Of a DNA stretch of 64,000 nucleotides, positions 1 to 7,576 are shown piece by piece. Within the stretch, counting starts at the first letter, position 1. The number at the start of each line of letters is the position of its first letter. The notes beneath the pieces were generated by a model that was given only the letters and a program-made list of their open reading frames with translations, did not search any database and was not told the DNA's origin. Source of the stretch: Hadesarchaea archaeon (GTDB lineage Archaea > Hadarchaeota > Hadarchaeia > Hadarchaeales > Hadarchaeaceae). The stretch lies in contig JAUWBN010000003.1 of NCBI GenBank assembly GCA_030601675.1, forward strand, positions 2,255 to 66,254, given 5' to 3'. Position numbers and translations under genes: made by a program.

Positions 1-296
1 GAGAGGGCGAAGGCGACGATGCAGATGTTGATGACGATGGAGGTCAGCACGAGGGCTTGGGGGATCGGGTCAACGGCTCGAGCAGCGAATCCTGAGAGGT
101 CCGAGAGCATCTCCCCGCTGACGATAGCTGCTATGCCCCCTGCGCGGTAGCCGAGACTTATCAGAAATAGGTGGATACCGTCGGTCAGCACGGCTAGGCC
201 GATGATTATCTTGATCAAGTTTCGTTTGAGTAGCAAACAGTAGAGCCCAAGCGCGACTAGGAGCATCGCGATGATGTAGTTAAAGTCCAACTTCAC
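1..296 (-). CDS. mnhC: Mrp/Mbh-type antiporter module subunit C (MnhC/MbhG, NuoK-like); 3' end runs off the window
   Basis: Truncated, so absent from the ORF track. Minus-strand translation from GTG 296 (or TTG 290) reads KLDFNYIIAMLLVALGLYCLLLKRNLIKIIIGLAVLTDGIHLFLISLGY..., a NuoK/MnhC-like hydrophobic pattern. It lies directly downstream of the MnhB-like gene on the same strand. Confidence 0.7.
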   Translation of the reverse strand, partial: MKLDFNYIIAMLLVALGLYCLLLKRNLIKIIIGLAVLTDGIHLFLISLGYRAGGIAAIVSGEMLSDLSGFAARAVDPIPQALVLTSIVINICIVAFAL

Positions 297-323
297 ACCC
301 TGTAAACTTTACACCCCTGTAAA
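291..323 (-). repeat. Tandem palindromic 17-mer (one degenerate copy plus one perfect copy) abutting the TTG start of mnhC
   Basis: Plus strand reads cttcacaccctgtaaa + ctttacacccctgtaaa. In mRNA sense the unit is UUUACAGGGGUGUAAAG. Confidence 0.8.
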
Positions 324-335
324 GTCCAAGTCCGT

Positions 336-770
336 TCATTCCTCGCCACCCCTGAAAGCGAATAACATCGCATAAAAGATCAGAATGAGGCCCGCCGCGA
401 CTTTTATCCCGACACCTAGGTAGAGCAGGGGCAGGTTACCCGCGCTGAAGAGCTGCCCGAGCGTACCCAGTGGAAACACGTTTTGGAGGAAGGTGATGCC
501 GAGCAGGAGGCCGAATAACCCGAGCACTACTATAGCCAATCCACCGACGCTTTCAAGTACTTCGGCGTGCAGGAAGCCCACCCTCTTCTGAGCCCGCTCG
601 ATGCCGTAGGCGAGGAAGAGCATGACGACCGAGGCGGCGATGATCACTCCACCCGGGAAGCCCCCTCCCGGCGTCAGGTGGCCGTGGAGCACGATGTAGG
701 CCCCGAAGATGAAGGTGAATGGGAAGAGGAGCCTCGCGATGGTTCGAACGATCACAGTCATTCCCGCCAT
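336..770 (-). CDS. mnhB: Mrp/Mbh antiporter module subunit B (MnhB/MbhF-like)
   Basis: 144-aa polytopic membrane ORF with the MnhB-type motif HGHLTPGGGFPGGVIIAA. It sits in an operon with mnhEFG. Confidence 0.8.
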   Translation of the reverse strand: MAGMTVIVRTIARLLFPFTFIFGAYIVLHGHLTPGGGFPGGVIIAASVVMLFLAYGIERAQKRVGFLHAEVLESVGGLAIVVLGLFGLLLGITFLQNVFPLGTLGQLFSAGNLPLLYLGVGIKVAAGLILIFYAMLFAFRGGEE

Positions 771-1069
771 TACTCTCGCCTCCTAAATGCCCTGAAAATC
801 ATCACTACGCCGATGACGGCCGTGAAGAGCACCGTCACTTCGCCCAGCGTGTCGTAGCCCCGATATCCCCACACGACGCTCGTCACCACGTTTGCCGCGC
901 CCGTTTGCAGGGGGGCATTTTCTAAAATCTGCTGGCCGATGCTGTTCTCGAAGTTTTCCCCTATCTTGCGCATTGGGAAAGAGCCGAATGGCAACAAGTT
1001 GGTGCTGACGGTGAAAACGAGCAGTGCACCAATCGCCAAGACCATCCCGAGTGCCAGCACCCTCTGCAT
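770..1069 (-). CDS. MbhE-like small membrane subunit (MrpA C-terminal / MnhB-domain-like)
   Basis: 99-aa ORF with the motif [18 protein letters not shown], typical of the MnhB-related domain. Its stop/start abuts the next gene (770). Confidence 0.6.
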   Translation of the reverse strand: MQRVLALGMVLAIGALLVFTVSTNLLPFGSFPMRKIGENFENSIGQQILENAPLQTGAANVVTSVVWGYRGYDTLGEVTVLFTAVIGVVMIFRAFRRRE

Positions 1070-1070
1070 C

Positions 1071-1316
1071 TCACTCCTGCCTCCTCGTACGGCTTATCGC
1101 TATCACGAAGAGCACGGTCATCACCCCCGCCCCTACAGCCGCTTGGGTGATTGCGATGTCCGGGGCCTGGAGCATGAAAAAAATCACGGCGAGCGTTGTG
1201 CTAGCTCCAGCCAGCACGATTACCGAATAGAGCAGGTCCTTGAGCTCAATAGCGATGAGGCAGAGCACGAACAGGAACACGAGCAGGGCATTTTGAATCA
1301 GCAACTCGAGACTCAA
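1071..1316 (-). CDS. MbhD-like small membrane subunit (DUF4040-type)
   Basis: 81-aa, three-TM ORF with a TTG start. Its position between mnhG and the MbhE-like gene matches the Mbh/Mrp gene order. Confidence 0.55.
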   Translation of the reverse strand: MSLELLIQNALLVFLFVLCLIAIELKDLLYSVIVLAGASTTLAVIFFMLQAPDIAITQAAVGAGVMTVLFVIAISRTRRQE

Positions 1317-1350
1317 CTTTACACCCCTGTAAACTTTACACCCCTGTAAA
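1317..1350 (-). repeat. Two perfect tandem copies of the same 17-mer abutting the TTG start of the MbhD-like gene
   Basis: ctttacacccctgtaaa occurs twice back to back. TTTACA and TGTAAA are reverse complements flanking CCCC. Confidence 0.85.
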
Positions 1351-1356
1351 CTTCGC

Positions 1357-1683
1357 TCACGATTTTCCCTCCTTGAGCTTGTCGACCACGCTGCGACGCC
1401 AGAGCTTGACCCCCGACTTATGGGCAGCCCGAGCGATCGCGTGAGATCCTACGGGGTTGGTGAGGAAGAGGAAGAGGGCGATGATAAGAGCTTTTAGGGT
1501 GTACGAGCTGAGCCCCTCGAACACACTCGCGCCGAGCAGCATCACGATCACCCCACCGACCACGACGACGGTCTGGGCGTGGATTCGGTTGTAGACATCA
1601 GGGAAGCGCACGATGCCCATCGCCCCGATGAGCGCGCATGCGGCACCGATTCCGAGCAGGATGTAAGCGATTATTTCAATCAA
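1357..1683 (-). CDS. mnhG: Mrp/Mbh antiporter module subunit G (MnhG/MbhC)
   Basis: 108 aa. The motif GAMGIVRFPDVYNRIHAQT is characteristic of MnhG/PhaG. Confidence 0.85.
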   Translation of the reverse strand: MIEIIAYILLGIGAACALIGAMGIVRFPDVYNRIHAQTVVVVGGVIVMLLGASVFEGLSSYTLKALIIALFLFLTNPVGSHAIARAAHKSGVKLWRRSVVDKLKEGKS

Positions 1684-1940
1684 GTTTCGATCCCCCTTCC
1701 TTCGAGATATTTCGCGATGGCGAGCGTGCCCAAGAAGGCGATGAAGACGTAGACCAAGGCGACGTCTAGGTAGATCGATGCGCGGTAGTGGACCCCCAGC
1801 AGCACCAGGGCACCGACCATCAGCGCGACCAAGGCATCGATGGCGACGACCCGATCTGGGGCGGTGGGGCCCAGAGCCGCGCGAAGCGCACAGAAGAGGC
1901 AGGCGCCGAAGACGACGATGAGCACCCCAAGCAGGATCAT
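1680..1940 (-). CDS. mnhF: Mrp/Mbh antiporter module subunit F (MnhF/MbhB)
   Basis: 86 aa. The motif LGPTAPDRVVAIDAL is characteristic of MnhF. It has 4-nt overlaps with both neighbours. Confidence 0.8.
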   Translation of the reverse strand: MILLGVLIVVFGACLFCALRAALGPTAPDRVVAIDALVALMVGALVLLGVHYRASIYLDVALVYVFIAFLGTLAIAKYLEGRGIET

Positions 1941-2446
1941 TTGAATATCCTCCTGAGGAAGCGCTCGAAGGGTCCGGCTATCTGCCTGCTGGTTTGCTCG
2001 GGCTCGACCGCCTTGACATCGATCCAGTGCACGTATAAGGAGGATTCCTCTTCGCTGACATCCACGCTGAGTGTACCTGGAGTCATCGTGATCGCGTTGG
2101 CCAAGCCGGTGATGCCGAAATCGCTCTGGAGCTCGGTGGGAACTCGAACGATGCCGGGTTTAATGGGCATTCGTGGGTGTAGTATAAGATAGATGACGCT
2201 TGCGTGCGCCTTCAGCTCGGCCCATAGGTAAGCGGGCACGTAGGCGAGAGCGTAGCCCCATCGCTTCGGTTCAAATTTCTCCCGCATCCCCCCGCGAAAG
2301 AGGAGCTCGTAGGAAACCGCGGCCACAAAGGCAGCGACAATCGCCCCCACCGCGAACTCCTGGGGGTTGAGTGAACCTGTTAGAGCGATCCATGCTAGCC
2401 AGAGGCAGACGAACGCTGTGAACAAACCCCCCTTAGCCATGGGCAT
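1937..2446 (-). CDS. mnhE: Mrp/Mbh antiporter module subunit E (MnhE/MbhA)
   Basis: 169 aa with N-terminal TM helices. It is the first gene of the E-F-G order, and its size and position fit MnhE. Confidence 0.7.
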   Translation of the reverse strand: MPMAKGGLFTAFVCLWLAWIALTGSLNPQEFAVGAIVAAFVAAVSYELLFRGGMREKFEPKRWGYALAYVPAYLWAELKAHASVIYLILHPRMPIKPGIVRVPTELQSDFGITGLANAITMTPGTLSVDVSEEESSLYVHWIDVKAVEPEQTSRQIAGPFERFLRRIFK

Positions 2447-2507
2447 CGCTCCTTTGCCCCATAGCGCGGAGCCGAACTTTAATTTTTCGCTTCACCTTTA
2501 CTGAAAT

Positions 2508-2756
2508 ATGAGGGGTGACCCAAGGGACTTCTTCGACCTCTATCAGCTGGCGAGGAACTTCGACTTGGCGAACGTGCAAAAGCTCTTTTTTGAAAAGTTG
2601 AAGGCGCTCGGGGTGAGGTTCAAAGAGGGGCGGTTTCAAGAGAGGTTGGAGGGGGCAGACATGAACCAGATAGGCTACTTGATCCCCGCCGAGGTTAAAA
2701 TTGATGGGGAAGAACTCGTGGCCACGTTGAGGGGAAGCTTTGCGTTTGTTTTCTGA
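2508..2756 (+). pseudogene. Possible C-terminal remnant of an AbiEii-type nucleotidyltransferase toxin
   Basis: 82-aa ORF. The PRDFFDLYQLAR segment resembles the conserved (A)RDLYDL helix of AbiEii-family proteins. It is far shorter than the full-length family, and there is no room for the N-terminal domain. Confidence 0.3.
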
Positions 2757-2875
2757 GGTGGCTCCAGTCGTTTTGGTTGCACGTCAATCGTCGATAATGG
2801 TATTAACGTTCAACGTATCATCGGGGCTATTTAAAGCTTTTTCTTTGAAGTTAGGGGATTTTTAAGGCTCGAAAT

Positions 2876-2922
2876 GCTTAAATAGGGGCCCTTAAAGAGT
2901 TCAGCCCGCAATAAAAAAGGAG
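2876..2922 (+). promoter_or_regulatory. Putative promoter/RBS of the surface-protein gene
   Basis: A TATA-like gcttaaatagg lies at 2876-2886, and an SD-like aaggag at 2917-2922 lies 8 nt before GTG 2931. Confidence 0.3.
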
Positions 2923-2930
2923 TTGAATAA

Positions 2931-5900
2931 GTGAAAGAGAAATTAGCACTAGTAATCGCAGCCCTATTAATAACTTCAATGGCATTTGCGATATCGACAA
3001 CCACTGTCACAGCCCCATCGACCTTTAGCGCTTCGCCGAGTGCGACTGCGACCTTAGACGAGCCCGACCCTGCGAGGGTAAGGGCGAACACCCGGATGTT
3101 GATAAAGATCACCGTGACAAATGACTCGACAACCGATAATATCGACAACGTTCGGATCGTCGCTACTACGGTCTTCACCCAGGCGATCGGCGGCGCTTCA
3201 GCAGCTGAGAACCTGGAGCTTGCGGCGGACAACATGGAGAACGCGGTTGCATTCCTACAGGGAGCAGGGGAGAACCTGATCTTCGCGGAGGATAACAAGA
3301 AGGCAGCCGGCTCCAAGTTGACTAACGCTGCCGTGGATATGGACACCGCGGGCGGATGGCTCAACATAGCGACCGAGACAAGTGAGAACATCAAGAACGC
3401 GGGCAGCAATTTGAAGACTGCAGCTCTCAATTTAAGCAGGGCAGGCGACAATCTGAATGCCGAGCCGGAAAATTGGGACTTGGTGGCGAGTAAGCTCTCC
3501 ACGGTGAGTTCGTTCCTAGACTCGGCGGGCATATACTTGGTGGAGAACGATACCGCTGATCCATTAGACAACGTTCTGGAGAATGCCGGGTGGCGTCTGG
3601 ATAATGCTGCGGCCCGCATAAGCGACGCATCCACCGCAATAGCGGGCGGAAGTCTCCGTCGGGCGGGCGAGAACCTCAAACTTGCGGGAGAGAACATAAA
3701 GGTTGCAGCTGATAACCTCGACGAAGCAGGTACCGGCACCAACGAAGATAACGCAGCCGCTCCCTTGTGGGCAGCTGGCGATAAGATATACAATGCAGGT
3801 GTCGATCTAGTTAATGCAGGCAACAACTTAGACAACGCCGGCTACGCTTTGGGCTTGGCGGAGAACTACCTGAAGAGCGCGGGCAGCCTGATAGAGGCAG
3901 CTGACACAGACCTTGTGGTAGCTGGCGACAACCTCGAGAATGCGGCTCTTATGCTCGAGGCGGCAGAGAATCAGCTGAGGGCCAACACAGAGAACGTCCA
4001 AGCCGCAGGAGAAAACCTAGTCAGCGCAGCCGCGTGCATGGCGAGTTCAGCATCGGGACTCGGCGTTGGCCTTGGCGGTGACGAGGAGAACGCTGCACAA
4101 GTACACATTAAGGCCGCAGGTGACAACATGAAGTCAAGCGATAATGTGGACCTGACTGTAGCGGGCAACCAGCTGATTGCTGCGGCGTCTGACTTGGAAG
4201 CGGCAGCTGCGGCGATGTTGTTGACCGCGAACAAGCTTGTGCCGATCACGACCACCTGGGACATGAGTACTGGAGCAGACTACGTGCAGTTCGACGCGCA
4301 CCTCGGCGGGGAGAACAGTATAGCTCCCACCCTCAGCGAGACCTTCGGCTTCCTCTGGACCACACCGACCATCACCACCGAGGAGAACTACACCCTAGGG
4401 ATTCTCACCAGCATCGAGGAGCTGCTCTACACCGAGTGGGATAATCTGGGCGGCTTTACGTTGACCGTTGACGGCAAGATCCCGACCCTGGCAATCGTGG
4501 TTACGCAGACGGGCGTGGTCGACAGGGATAACAACGCGGTCGAGAACGTGGTGGGCACGGCCCTCGACAACGAGGCGACGATCACCATAACCGCGAGCGA
4601 GGAGCTGCAGTTCATCGGCACCGTAACCGTGGAGAACTCCGGCGGTACTGAGGAGAACTTCGTGTCACCGATTACGCTGACCACGACCGACAACAGGGTC
4701 TACACCGGTACCTTCCTCGTAGGGACATGGGATGACAACGTGCCAGTGGTGAAGGTAGCGAGCGCCAAGGACCTAGTGGGTAACGAGAACGATGTTGGCA
4801 TGGAAGGCAGCTTTATCGTGGACACCCGAGCGCCGGTCTTCACCGACAACGGCTTGCTCGGGCTCATCAATGGCATGGCGAGAAAGAACGTCACGCAGGC
4901 TGGGACCGATATAACCTTCGCCTATGTGGACAACAACGCGGACCAGAACATATCCATATTCGTGCAGGACAACGCGCTAGGTGAGGCTGACAACGACTTC
5001 TGGGTCATCTCAGTCACCATCGACACAGACGATGCAGCTCCGGACCCGACGATCGATGACCGCTGGTTCAAGGCCAAAACTCTCAGCGAGGGCCTGACCT
5101 CCGTCCTGATCGTCACGGCGACCGACCGCGTGGGCAACACGGTGAGCGACAACGTCGAGAACATCTTCATCGACACCAAGCTACCGACGATTACGTTCGA
5201 GGACGGCGCCTCGATTACCAGGATGATCGGCAGGACCAATATAATCGGCGGGGAAGAAACAGAGGTAACCTTCAGCGCGGGAGTGCGCATCAACGACAAC
5301 ACACCGAAGATCGAGATAATAATAAGTGATCAAGGCTACACATCGACCGGTATACCGCCTGCTTTGGGAGTTGCGCGCGAGAACCTCATCGTACAGCTTG
5401 ACAACGATGAAAACATCTTGAATGGAGCCTTCTACCGGATACTTGATAACAAGGACCCGTGGAGGACTCAAGCGCAGATAGCGGCAGGCGTCTTCGAGAA
5501 CGTCATCGAAAACGTAGGAGGCGGTGGGCTCATGGACGGCACCTACTACATCACCGTGTGGGCCTCTGACAACCTCAACCACGACGGCGAGAACGGTTAC
5601 ACTTTGAGCCGCAGCTTCATCCTCGACACCGTGGTGCCTAACATACTGAACGTTGTAAATCCAAATGTAACAAGCATCCTAGACACGGAGCTCATGACGG
5701 TGATAGTATCACCCACGCAGGAGACCACGATGTTGGTCAAAGGCGTGTCAGATGAGGCAGAGTCAACAATATACATCTATGTCGGTGATAACCAAGTTGG
5801 CTTCGTGCAGTCCGGCACCGACAGCAAATTCCAGGTAGAGATAACGTTGAGCGAGGGAACCAACGTGATCTACTTTAAGGAAGTCGACCTAGCGGGCAAC

Positions 5901-6308
5901 GAATCGGACAAGGAGCTCTACAGGACCTATATAGTGGACAAGACTCCGCCAGTGATTACAGTTACGACGCCAGTTGCGGACGAAACCACGGACAAAGCCG
6001 TTATCACCGTGAGCGGCACGGTCATCGACAGCGTGGCCAAATACGACGAGCTGATTGTGACGATAGATGCCACAGGCACCTACGTGGCCAAGAGGGTCTA
6101 CCTGAACCCAGATGGTAGCTTCAGCACATCTGTGCCGTTGGTAGAGGGTAGCAACGTCATCAACGTGATAGCAATAGACACAGCTGACGTCCAGAAGATA
6201 GCGAGCGTCACGGTTACGCGAACGGTTACACCTTGGGCGACCTACGCGATTATCGTCGTGATAGTCGCGTTGTTACTGGCTGCGATTGCGATATTCCGGA
6301 AGCGCTAA
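2931..6308 (+). CDS. Large secreted surface (S-layer-like) protein with a heptad-repeat stalk, Ig-like region and C-terminal membrane anchor
   Basis: 1125 aa. It has an N-terminal signal-like segment (KLALVIAALLITSMAFA), about 350 aa of xxAGxNL heptads, a T/V/D/N-rich beta-type region, and a C-terminal TM helix (WATYAIIVVIVALLLAAIAIF) followed by RKR. Confidence 0.7.
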   Translation: MKEKLALVIAALLITSMAFAISTTTVTAPSTFSASPSATATLDEPDPARVRANTRMLIKITVTNDSTTDNIDNVRIVATTVFTQAIGGASAAENLELAADNMENAVAFLQGAGENLIFAEDNKKAAGSKLTNAAVDMDTAGGWLNIATETSENIKNAGSNLKTAALNLSRAGDNLNAEPENWDLVASKLSTVSSFLDSAGIYLVENDTADPLDNVLENAGWRLDNAAARISDASTAIAGGSLRRAGENLKLAGENIKVAADNLDEAGTGTNEDNAAAPLWAAGDKIYNAGVDLVNAGNNLDNAGYALGLAENYLKSAGSLIEAADTDLVVAGDNLENAALMLEAAENQLRANTENVQAAGENLVSAAACMASSASGLGVGLGGDEENAAQVHIKAAGDNMKSSDNVDLTVAGNQLIAAASDLEAAAAAMLLTANKLVPITTTWDMSTGADYVQFDAHLGGENSIAPTLSETFGFLWTTPTITTEENYTLGILTSIEELLYTEWDNLGGFTLTVDGKIPTLAIVVTQTGVVDRDNNAVENVVGTALDNEATITITASEELQFIGTVTVENSGGTEENFVSPITLTTTDNRVYTGTFLVGTWDDNVPVVKVASAKDLVGNENDVGMEGSFIVDTRAPVFTDNGLLGLINGMARKNVTQAGTDITFAYVDNNADQNISIFVQDNALGEADNDFWVISVTIDTDDAAPDPTIDDRWFKAKTLSEGLTSVLIVTATDRVGNTVSDNVENIFIDTKLPTITFEDGASITRMIGRTNIIGGEETEVTFSAGVRINDNTPKIEIIISDQGYTSTGIPPALGVARENLIVQLDNDENILNGAFYRILDNKDPWRTQAQIAAGVFENVIENVGGGGLMDGTYYITVWASDNLNHDGENGYTLSRSFILDTVVPNILNVVNPNVTSILDTELMTVIVSPTQETTMLVKGVSDEAESTIYIYVGDNQVGFVQSGTDSKFQVEITLSEGTNVIYFKEVDLAGNESDKELYRTYIVDKTPPVITVTTPVADETTDKAVITVSGTVIDSVAKYDELIVTIDATGTYVAKRVYLNPDGSFSTSVPLVEGSNVINVIAIDTADVQKIASVTVTRTVTPWATYAIIVVIVALLLAAIAIFRKR

Positions 6309-6356
6309 GGGGAAAAACGCCAATCATCCCCTTCGCTTTTTTTATTTTTATTTATT
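6288..6356 (+). repeat. Direct repeat copy A (last 21 nt of the surface-protein CDS plus terminator)
   Basis: gcgatattccggaagcgctaaggggaaaaacgccaatcatccccttcgcttttttt... matches 7510-7576 at roughly 90% identity, with 2-3 indels. Confidence 0.85.
6299..6343 (+). terminator. Hairpin plus T-tract at the end of the surface-protein gene
   Basis: gaagcgctaagggg ... ccccttcgc followed by ttttttt. The stop codon lies inside the stem. Confidence 0.5.
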
Positions 6357-6445
6357 TTTTGTTTTGGACGAATTTCTGTCGATCTCAACTTGTGACTAAA
6401 TGTTTAGACGATAAAGTATAAATAATTAGACAAAGGTACATTTAA

Positions 6446-6979
6446 TTGATACTTATGGTACAACCGCTTGATCGAATATTTGGAAATCGGGTTTGCTGGT
6501 CGGTGCTCAATTTTTTCCTAAACAACCCAAACGGGGAATTTTACGAGCGCGAGATCCAGCAAAGGGTTGCAGCAGCGAGGGCGAGTGTCCGCAAATGGCT
6601 GCAAGCTCTGGAGCAGTTCGGCTTTATCTCAACGACCAGGCGGGGTAGGTTGAAGCTGCATAGGCTAAACCGCGAAAATCCACTTGTGAAGCAGCTGAAA
6701 GTTTTAAGCACGATGAGCGAACTCCTGCCAAAACTCGAGGGCTGCAAGGGCCGGGGCGAGATTTATCTTTACGGCTCAGCAGCACGCGGCGAAGGACTTG
6801 AGGACTCAGATTTGGATATCCTTGTGGTAGGACGTGAACGAGAGGTGATCGGTAAGGTCAAGGCAATCGACGAACGAATAAAGGTCAGCTTTTTTACCCC
6901 CCTCGAGTGGGCAAAAATGGCTAGGGAGGATCCGGCATTTTACGAGAGGGTTGAGCGGGACAAAATAAGGCTGGTGTAG
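6446..6979 (+). CDS. wHTH-fused minimal nucleotidyltransferase (MNT-type antitoxin-like)
   Basis: 177 aa. The NTase signature is YGSAARGEGLEDSDLDILVV (GS...DxD), and the N-terminal approximately 90 aa look winged-helix-like. ATG 6455 is a likely alternative start. Confidence 0.75.
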   Translation: MILMVQPLDRIFGNRVCWSVLNFFLNNPNGEFYEREIQQRVAAARASVRKWLQALEQFGFISTTRRGRLKLHRLNRENPLVKQLKVLSTMSELLPKLEGCKGRGEIYLYGSAARGEGLEDSDLDILVVGREREVIGKVKAIDERIKVSFFTPLEWAKMAREDPAFYERVERDKIRLV

Positions 6980-7402
6980 ATGGACATTGAGAGTTGCCTG
7001 CGGGAGGGTTTCTTGCAGCAAATAAAAGTGGAGCGAGACCTCATCGAGAAGGAGTTCAAGGAGGCGAAATATGACGTCGGGAAGGCTGAGCGAGCGCTCG
7101 AGGAGGGCGACTTTAAGTGGTCGATTGTTAAAAGCTATTACTCTATGTTTCACGCTGCCCGCGCGGTATTGTTTTCGCGCGGGTTCAAGGAGCGGCGGCA
7201 CTTCGCAATTAGAGTCGTGTTGGAAGACTTAAACATGAAGGGGAAGTTGGAAAGCAAGTTCATCTCAGATTTTTCCGCTGCGCTTGGCGCGAGGGAGGAT
7301 GCTGACTACAGGTATACCTACTCGCAAGAAACCGCCGCTTATCTCTTGAGTGCTGCTGGAGATTTCTTAGCGAAGATGAAAAGGCTGGCGAAAAAGTCGT
7401 AG
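6980..7402 (+). CDS. HEPN domain protein (HEPN/MNT toxin-like partner)
   Basis: 140 aa, all-helical. It carries the conserved ...GAREDADY... motif of HEPN (PF05168-type). Its start lies immediately after the NTase stop. Confidence 0.75.
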   Translation: MDIESCLREGFLQQIKVERDLIEKEFKEAKYDVGKAERALEEGDFKWSIVKSYYSMFHAARAVLFSRGFKERRHFAIRVVLEDLNMKGKLESKFISDFSAALGAREDADYRYTYSQETAAYLLSAAGDFLAKMKRLAKKS

Positions 7403-7509
7403 CTAGCACCGCTTTTTCGAAAAGCCGCCTTAGTTGGGGCCGCGCAACTCCTGCTATTTGTCCTGTCACCTTAGTCAGCTTGGACGATCATCATGCGGGT
7501 GGCTCGGTC

Positions 7510-7576
7510 GCGATATTCCGGAAGCGCCAAGGGGGGAAAACACAATCATCCCCTTCGCTTTTTTATTTTTTATTTT
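7510..7576 (+). repeat. Direct repeat copy B (degenerate surface-protein 3' end plus hairpin/T-tract)
   Basis: gcgatattccggaagcgccaaggggggaaaacacaatcatccccttcgctttttt. The stop codon of copy A (TAA) reads CAA here. The repeat abuts the stop of the convergent fumarate hydratase beta gene. Confidence 0.85.

Larger units (their letters stand above)
6361..7509 (+). mobile_element. About 1.15-kb MNT/HEPN cassette bracketed by the 6288/7510 direct repeats (no recombinase gene)
   Basis: The cassette has an A/T-rich leader with its own TATA-like box (tataaata, 6417-6424) and two genes. It is flanked by about 68-nt direct repeats. Confidence 0.4.

Noticed and set aside
291-1350. Tandem 17-mers considered as a mini-CRISPR or a transposon inverted repeat
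   Set aside because: There are only two adjacent units per site and no spacers. They are confined to operon-internal spacers directly before start codons, so a translational or RNA-structure role fits better.
2433-2639. 68-aa minus-strand ORF upstream of mnhE
   Set aside because: It overlaps the mnhE start and the possible AbiEii remnant, and it has no recognisable features. The region is more likely promoter.
2831-3835. 334-aa ORF on the minus strand, antisense to the surface-protein gene
   Set aside because: It is a shadow ORF created by the Ala/Asn/Gly-rich heptad repeat on the plus strand. Its low-complexity A/S/L/P composition has no start context, and it fully overlaps a well-supported gene.
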